A DNA stretch of 64,000 nucleotides from Longimicrobiales bacterium (lineage in GTDB: Bacteria > Gemmatimonadota > Gemmatimonadetes > Longimicrobiales > Gaopeijiaceae): positions 1,536,001 through 1,600,000 of the forward strand of contig OZ242008.1 of NCBI GenBank assembly GCA_965204735.1, in the 5' to 3' direction. The notes beneath the pieces are model-generated. The model did no database searches. It saw nothing but the letters and a program-made list of their open reading frames with translations, and was not told the origin of the DNA. How positions within the stretch are numbered: position 1 is the stretch's first letter; each line of letters opens with the position of its first letter. The position numbers were made by a program, and so were the translations under genes. Below, one piece after another: positions 1 through 9,000 of the stretch.

Positions 1-3000
1 GTCGGCGTGTCGATCAACGATGCTCCGGCGGACAGCACGTTCGAGTTGGGCGATGTGGTGGTTGTGACGGTGGAGTTCAACGCGGCGGTGACGGTGACAG
101 GCACGCCGCGGGTGCGTGTCGGGGTCGGGTCGAGCTTGCGCAACGCGTGGTACCAGAGGGGTTCGGGCACGACGTCGCTGGAGTTCGAGTACACGGTGGT
201 GCAGACGCACGTGGACACGGACGGGATCAGCATCGGCGCGAGTGCGCTGGAGACTCCCTCCGGATCCACGATCCGGCGGTCGGGTACGACGACGGATGCG
301 CTGTTGGGGCTGGGAGTTCACGCGATTTCGAACAGCGCGGCGCACAAGGTTGCGGGCAACACGGTGACGACGCCGGTAGTGAAGGGCATGAGGGTATCGA
401 GCACTCCGGCGGTAGGCGACACGTACTTGGGGGGCGAGGCGATCGAGGTGGAGGTGGAGTTCGTGCGGGGCGTGTACGTGGGGGGGACGCCGCAGCTGGC
501 GTTGGAGGTCGGCGACTCGACTCGACAGGCGGAGTACAACCGCAGGGACGCGACGTTCACGCGGGTGACGTTCCGGTATGTGGTGCAGGCGACGGACATG
601 GACGCGGACGGGATCAGCGTGGGTGCGGGCGCGCTGGTGCGAAGCGCGGGGGACACGATCGGCGACGGTCGGCAACGGTCGGACGCGGCGGACTTGGCGT
701 TGGGCTCGCACACGTTCACGAACGCGGCGGGGCACAAGGTGCAGGGCAACATCCCGTACGTGACCAGCGTGTTCTTCCTGTCGGCGACGCTCAGCGGGAT
801 CAACTACGCGAGCACGGACAGCGTGTTCGGTCTGGGCGACCTGATTCGCGTGGGGGTCGGGTTCAACACGGGCGTGACGGTGACGGGGACGCCGAGTCTG
901 GCGCTGGGGATCGGCGCGCAGACGCGGAGCATTGCGCAGTGCGGCACGACAGGGGGCGGTACCATCTTGGTGTTCTGCTACACGGTGGTGGCTGCGGACG
1001 CGGACTCGACGGGGATCAGCATCGGGGCGAACGCGCTGACGCTGCCGGGCGGTGCGACGATCCGTGGGACGGGCACGACCACGGACGCGCGGCTGACTTT
1101 GACGCCGTGGAGCTTTGCGGACGCGGCGGCGTTCCAGGTGGACGGCACGAAGGAGGTGGCGCCGGGGGTGAGCGGCGTGACGATCTCGAGCACGCCGGCG
1201 AGCGACAGCACGTACGGCCGGACGGAGGCGATCGAGGTGGAGGTGGAGTTCGAGCGGCCGGTGGCGGTGACGGGGACGCCGCAGCTGGCGCTGTCGATCG
1301 ACACGCTGACGCGGCAGGCAAGCTACACGAGCGGTTCGGAGACGCGGACGCTCGTGTTCCGGTACACGGTGGTGGCTGCGGACGCGGATTCGACGGGGAT
1401 CAGCATCGGTGCGAGCGCCTTGGGGTTGGGTGGCGGGACGATCGTGCTGGCGGGCGGCACGGCGGCGGCGAGCTTGGGTCTGGGCACGAACGCGATCGCG
1501 AACGCTGCTGCGCACAAGGTGGACGGCAGCCTGGGTCCGCCGGGGGTAACGGAGCTGGCGATCAGCTCGCCCGTGGTGGGCGACACCTTCGAGCGGGGCG
1601 AGACGATCGGCGTCGAGTTGACGTTCAGCCGTGCGGTGGACGTGACGGGGACGCCACAGCTGGCGCTGGGAATCGGGAGCGCGACCAGGCAGGCGAGCTA
1701 CGCATCGGGGACGGGGAGTACTGGTCTGCTGTTCCAGTACGTGGTGGCGAGCGGCGACGCGGACGCGGACGGATTGAGCATCGGCGCGAGCGCTTTGGCG
1801 CTGAACGGCGGGACGATCAGGCTGGCCGGCGGCGCCCTGGACGCGACTTTGGGGCTGGGCGCGAGCGCGGTGACGAACAGCGCGGACCACAAGGTGGCTG
1901 GCGGGACGTTCACGACGCCGTCGGTGAGCGCGGTGACCGTCTCGAGCGCGCCTGCGGCGGACAGCACGTACAAGCTGGGCGAGTCGATCGAGGTGAAGGT
2001 GGCGTTCGGGCGACCTGTGGCGGTGACGGGTTCGCCGCGGCTGGCGCTGACGATCGGGACGGCGACTCGTCAGGCAAGCTACGATTCGGCTTCGAGCAAG
2101 GTGGACACGCTGGTGTTCGGGTACTCGATCCGTCCTGTGGATGCGGACACGGACGGGATCAGCATCGGCGCGAGCGCTTTGGCGCTGAACGGCGGTACGA
2201 TTGCGGACGTGCGTCCGGGCGCTGCTGCTGCTGCGCTGGGCTTGGGGTCGAGCGCGGTGACGAACGACGCGGCGCACAAGGTGGACGGTCTGCAGGGACC
2301 GCCGGGCGTGACGAACCTGACGGTTGCTTCGCCGCCGGTGGGCACGACGTTCGAGCGTGGCGACACGATCGTTGCGACGGTGCGGTTCAACAAGTCGGTG
2401 GACGTGACGGGGACGCCGCAGCTGGCACTGGGGATAGGCGCGCAGACGCGGCAGGCGGCGTACGCGTCGGGGACGGGGACGACGTCGCTGGTGTTCCGGT
2501 ACGTGGTGGTGGCTGCGGACGTGGACCCGGACGGGTTGAGCGTGGGCGCGAGCGCGTTGACGCTGAACGGGGGCACGATCGACGTGGCGGGGGGAACGAC
2601 GGACGCCTTGTTGAGCTTGGAGCACCAGGCGTTCAGCAACTTCCTGGCGGTGAACGGCGGGGCGTTCACGGCGGCGTCGGTAGCGGGTGTGACGATATCG
2701 AGCACTCCGGCGAGCGACAGCACGTACGGCCGGACGGAGCGGATCGAGGTCGAGGTGACGTTCAACCGTCGCGTGGCGGTGACGGACACGCCGCAGGTGG
2801 CGTTGACGATTGGTTCGCAGACGCGGCAGGCGGAGTACGCGAGCGGGACGGGTACGAAGACGCTGACGTTCGGCTACGCGGTGGTGGCGGCGGACACGGA
2901 CGCCAACGGGATCAGCATTGGGGCGAGCGCGCTGGCGCTGAACGGCGGGACGATCTCGGACGCTCGGGACGCGACGATGGCGGCGGGCCTGGGCCTGGGG

Positions 3001-6000
3001 AGCTACGCGATCGCGAACGCTGCGGCACACAAGGTGGACGGCGCGCAGGGGCCGCCGGGGGTGACGGGCTTGGTCGTCGCGTCGCCGCCGACGGGCGACA
3101 CGTTCGAGCGTGGCGACGCGATAGCGGTGACGGTGACGTTCAACCGTGCGGTGGACGTGACGGGTACGCCGCAGCTGGCTTTGGGGATAGGGAGTCAGAC
3201 GCGGCAGGCGTCGTACGCGAGCGGCACGGGCACGGCGTCGCTGGTGTTCCAGTACACGGTGGTGACTGCGGACGTGGACGCGGACGGGTTGAGCATCGGT
3301 GCGAGCGCGCTGGCGTTGAACAGCGGGACGATCCGGCTGTCGGGCGGGACGCTGGACGCGACTTTGGGGCTGGGGACGCACGCGGTGACGAACAGCACGG
3401 GGCACAAGGTAGCGGGCGGGACGTTCACGGCGTCGTCGGTGAGCGGCGTGACGATCTCGAGTAGCCCGTCGAGCGGGGACACGTACGGGTTGGGCGAGGA
3501 GATCGAGGTCGAGGTGTCGTTCGTGCGGCCGGTAGTGACGGGCGGCGCGCCGCAGCTGGCGCTGACGGTGGGGGCTCGGACGCGGCAGGCGGAGTACGCG
3601 AGCGGGACGTTCACGAAGACGCTGACGTTCAGCTACGAGGTGCTGGCGGCGGACGCGGACTCGAATGGGATCAGCATCGGGGCGAGCGCGCTGGCGCTGA
3701 ACGGCGGCACGATCAACGACGCTCGGGGCGGTTCGACGGCTGCGAGCCTGGGACTGGGATCGAGCGCGATCGCGAACGCTGCTGCGCACAAGGTGGACGG
3801 CGCGCTCGGACCGCCGGGCGTGAGTGCGCTGTCGATCGGCTCGCCTCATGTGGGCGACACGTTCGAGCGTGGCGAGACGATCGAGGTGAAGGTCGCGTTC
3901 ACCAAGGCGGTGGCGGTGACGGGGACGCCGCAGCTGGCGCTGGGGATCGGGAGCGCGACGAAGCAGGCGAGCTACGCTGCGGGCACGGGCACGGACACGC
4001 TGGTGTTCCGGTACGTGGTGGTGACGGCGGACGAGGACTCGACGGGGATCAGCATCGGCACGAGCGCGTTGGCGCTGAACGGCGGGACGATCCGCGTGTC
4101 GGGCGGTGCGACGGACGCGGTGCTGAGCCTGCGCGATCACTTTGTCACCGACAACGGGAACTACAAGGTTGCGGGCGGGACGTTCACGGTTGCGGCAGTG
4201 AGCGGGGTGACGATCTCGAGCACTCCGTCGAGCGACAGCACTTACGGACGGACGGAGCGGATCGAGGTGGAGGTTGGGTTCACGCGCCCGGTGGCGGTGA
4301 CGGGCGGGCCGCAGCTGGCGCTGGGGATCGGTTCGCAGACGCGGCAGGCGGCGTACGCGAGCGGGAGCGGGACGGCGACGCTGGTGTTCGAGTACACGGT
4401 GGTGGCGGCGGACGAGGACTCGACGGGGATCAGCATCGGTGCGAGCGCTTTGGCGCTGAACAGCGGCGCGATCAACGACGCTCGGGACGGCACGGCGGCG
4501 AGCCTGGGACTGGGTTCGAACGCGATATCGAACGCGGCGGCGCACAAGGTGGACGGCAGCCGGGGACCACCGGGTGTGACGGGGTTGTCGATCAGTGCGC
4601 CGACGGTGGGCGACACCTTCGAGCGTGGCGAGACGATCGAGGTGTCGCTGGTGTTCAACCGGTCGGTGGACGTGACGGGCGTGCCGCGGCTGGCGTTGAC
4701 GATCGGGAGCGCGACGCGTCAGGCGAGCTACGCGAGCGGCACGGGCACGGACACGCTGGTGTTCCGTTACGTGGTGGCGAGCGGCGACGCGGACTCGGAC
4801 GGGATCAGCATCGCAGCGAGCGCCTTGGCGCTGAGCGGCGGGACGATCCGAGTTGCGGGCGGGACGCTGGATGCGGTGCTGGGACTGGGCGCGAGCGTGG
4901 TGACGAACAGCGGGAGCCACAAGGTGGCGGGCGGCACGTTCACGACGCCGGCGGTGAGCGCGGTGACGATATCGAGCGCGCCGGCGGCGGACAGCACGTA
5001 CAAGCTGGGCGAGTCGATCGAGGTGAAGGTGGCGTTCGGCCGACCGGTGGCGGTGACGGGCACGCCGCGTCTGGCGCTGACGATCGGGACGCAGACGCGG
5101 CAGGCGAGCTACGTGGCCGCTTCCAGCAAGGCGGACACGCTGGTGTTCGGCTACACGGTCCGCCCGGCGGATGCGGACACCGACGGGATCAGCATCGGGG
5201 CGAGCGCCTTGACGCTGAACGGCGGGTCGATTGCGGATGTGCGTCCGGGCGCTGCGGCTGCGGCGCTGAGCTTGGGGTCGAACGCGGTGTCGAACGCGGC
5301 GGCGCACAAGGTGAACGGCAGCTTGGGACCGCCGGGCGTGGTGGGGTTGTCGGTGGCTGCGCCGCTGGTGGGCTCCACGTTCGAGCGTGGCGACACGGTG
5401 GTTGCGACGGTGACGTTCAACAAGGCGGTGGACGTGACGGGCGCGCCGCAGCTGGCGTTGTCGATTGGCGCACAGCAGGTGGGAGCCTACGCGGGCGCGG
5501 CGACAGGCACGACGTCGTTGGAGTTCCGGTACGTGGTGATTTCGGGCGACGTGGACACGGACGGGCTGAGCATTCGTGCGAATGCGCTGACGCTGAACGG
5601 CGGGACGATCGACGTGGCGGGCGGGACGACGGACGCGTTGCTGAGCCTGGCGCACCACGCGATCAGCAACGACGGCGCGTTGCGTGTCGCGGGTGGGACG
5701 TTCACGGCGGCGGCAGTGAGCGAGGTGTCGATCACGAGCAGCCCGGCGGGCGCGAGCACGTACGGGTTGAGCGAGGAGATCGAGGTCGAGGTGACGTTCA
5801 ACCGCAACGTGACGGTGACGGGCGCGCCGCAGCTGGCGCTGACGATCGGGAGCCAGACGCGGCAGGCGGCGTACGATTCGGCGACGAGCGTGGGGGCGGG
5901 CGGTCGCGTGCTGACGTTCCGCTACACGGTGGCGGCTGCGGACGCGGACGCCAATGGCATCAGCATCGGTGCGAGCGCGCTGACGCTGAACGGCGGGACG

Positions 6001-9000
6001 ATCGCGGACGCGCGCGACGGTTCGACGGCTGCGAGCCTGGGGCTGGGCAGCCACGCGATCGCGAACAGCACGGGCCACCGTGTGGACGGCGCCCAGGGCC
6101 CGCCGGGGGTGAGCGGTGTGTCGATCGCGTCGCCGCCGGTCGGCGACACCTTCGAGCGTGGCGACACGATCATCGCGACGGTGACGTTCAACAAGGGTGT
6201 GGACGTGACGGGGACGCCGCAGCTGGCGCTGACGATCGGGACACAGACGCGGCAGGCGTCGTATTCGAGCGGGACGGGCACGGCGTCGCTGGTGTTCCGG
6301 TACGTGGTGGTGACGGCGGACGTGGACGCGGACGGGCTGAGCATCGGCGCGAGCGCGTTGGTGCTCAACGGCGGAATGATCGACGTGGCGAACGGCACGG
6401 TGGACGCCGTTCTGGGGCTGGGCGCCCACGCGGTGACGAACAGCGCGGGCCACAAGGTTGCGGGCGGGACGTTCACGGCGGCGTCGGTGAGCGGCGTGTC
6501 GCTGACGAGTTCGCCGGCGGTGGCGACAACGTACGGCCGAGGCGAGCAGATCGAGGTGCAGGTGACGTTCAACCGTCGCGTGAGCGTGACGGGCACGCCG
6601 CAGGTGGCGCTGACGGTGGGCGCGCAGACGCGGCAGGCGGGCTACGCGAGCGGGACGGGGACGACGGCGCTGGTGTTCCGCTACACGGTGGTGGCTGCGG
6701 ACGCCGACACCGACGGGATCGAGGTGGGCGCGAGCGCGCTGGCGCTGAACAGCGGGACGATTGCCGACGCCCGCAACGGCACGACTGCGGCGGCTCTGGG
6801 ACTGGGCAGCCATGCTTTGAGCGCTGCTGCGGGCCACAAGGTGGACGGCACGCTGGCGGGCGCGTCGGTGAGCGGGGTTGTGGTGTCGAGCACGCCGGAG
6901 AGCGGCGATACCTACGGCCTGGGCGAACGGATCGAAGTGCAGGTCACGTTCGACCGTGCGGTGACGGTGACGGGCGCGCCGCAGCTGGCGCTGACGGTGG
7001 GCACGGCGACGCGTCAGGCGAGCTACGTCGGCGGCAGCGGCACGGCGACGCTGTCGTTCGCGTACCGCGTGCAGGGCGCGGGCAGTGGCGGCAGCGGCAC
7101 GGGCGGCGTGGACGCCGACGCCGACGGCGTGGGCGTGGCTGCTGCTGCGCTGACGCTGAACGGCGCGACGATCGTGAACACGGCGGACGGGGTTCGTCCG
7201 GCGGTGCTGGCGTTGGGCAGCCATGCGATCACGGCGGCCGCGAACGACAAGGTGGACGGCACGGTGGAGGCGGCGCCGGTGGTGGTGGGGTTGGCGGTGA
7301 CGAGCACGCCGGGGGCGAGCGGGCTGTACGGTCCCCGGAGCGTGATCCGCGTGGCGGTGACGTTCAGCCGTCCGGTGGATGTGGCGGGGGCGCCGCAGCA
7401 GGCGGGCCACATGTCGGCTGCGACGGCTCCGGTGCGGCTGGCGATCGAGATCGGAACGGCGGTGCGTCAGGCGAGCTACGTGTCGGGCTCGGGCACGCCG
7501 GTGCTGGTGTTCGAGTACGTGGTGCAGCCTGCGGACCGGGACGAGGACGGGATCAGCATCCCGGCCGACGCGCTGACAGCGACGGGCGGCGCGCTGCGGA
7601 TCGCGGGCGGGACGACGGCGGCGGCGCTGGACTTGAGCGGCTACGAGGTGGAGAACCTGGAGGAGCACCAGGTGAACGGGGCTGGCGGCACGGACCCGGT
7701 GTTCGGTCGCGCGGAGTACGAGTTCAAGCTGACGGAAGACGTGGCGGGGCCAGTGGTGGTGGGGACGGTGAGCGCGACGGACCCCTTCGGGGGCGAGGTG
7801 ACGTACTCGCTGGCGGCGGGCGACGAGGGCCTCTTCGAGGTGGACGCGCGCACCGGCGAGGTGCGGTACGTCGGGACGGGCGAGGACGCGGAGTCGCGTT
7901 CGGAGTTCGTGATGATCGTGCGTGCGACGGCGGACGACGGGGAGCGGACGGGCGACGCGACGGTGACGGTGCGGCTGGTGAACGTGAACGACGCGCCGGT
8001 GTTCACGGCCGAGCGCTACGCCTTCGCCATGGCGGAGAACGTTGCCGGGCCGCTGGCGCTGGGCGTGGCGGAGGCGGTGGACCTGGACGAGGGCGACACG
8101 CTGACGTACCGGCTGGCGACGGGCGACGCGGACCGCTTCGAGGTGGACGGCGCGACGGGCGAGGTGCGGTACGTGGGCGCCGGCGAGGACTACGAGGGCG
8201 CGGGACCGAAGTCGTGGGAGCTGGAGGTGACGGCGACGGACTTGGCGGGCGCGAGCGCCAAGGCGTTGGTGGCGGTGGCGCTGACGAACGTGAACGAGGA
8301 ACCAGCGTTCGCCGACTCTGCGTATGCGTTCGATCTGGCGGAGAACGCTCGTGGACCGCTGCTGCTGGGCGAGGTACGTGCGACGGATCCGGACGGCGGC
8401 GACTGGCTGTCGTACGCGCTGGCCGCGGGCGACGCCGAGCGGTTCAAGGTGAACGCGACGAGCGGTGCGGTGCGGTACGTGGGCTCTGGCGAGGATGCGG
8501 AGACGGGCCCAGGCAGCTGGGAGCTGGAGGTGACGGCGACGGACCGAGGCGGCCTCACAGCGCGGGCGCGTGTGGTGGTGACGCTCGAGGACCGGAACGA
8601 GGGCCCGGTGTTCGTGGAGCCGATCTGGGAGTGGGAGCTGGCGGAGCACGTGGCGGGCCCTGTGGAGCTGGGCGCGGTGGAGGCGACGGACGTGGACGCG
8701 GGCGACACGCTGCGCTACAGCTTGAGCGGCGCGGGCGCGGCGCTGTTCGACGTGGGCGAGTCGAGCGGTGTGGTGCGGTACGTGGGCGCTGGCGAGGACG
8801 CGGAGACGGGTCCAGAGGGCTGGGAGTTCGAGGTGGTAGCGACGGATCGGGCGGGGTTGGCGGCGGTGGCGAAGGTGCGGGTGCTGCTGCTGGACGTGAA
8901 CGAGGCGCCGGCGTTCGTGGACTCCGCGTACGCCTTCGAGCTGGCGGAGAACGCACGCGGACCCCGGGAGCTGGGTCGGGTCGAGGCGACGGACCCGGAC

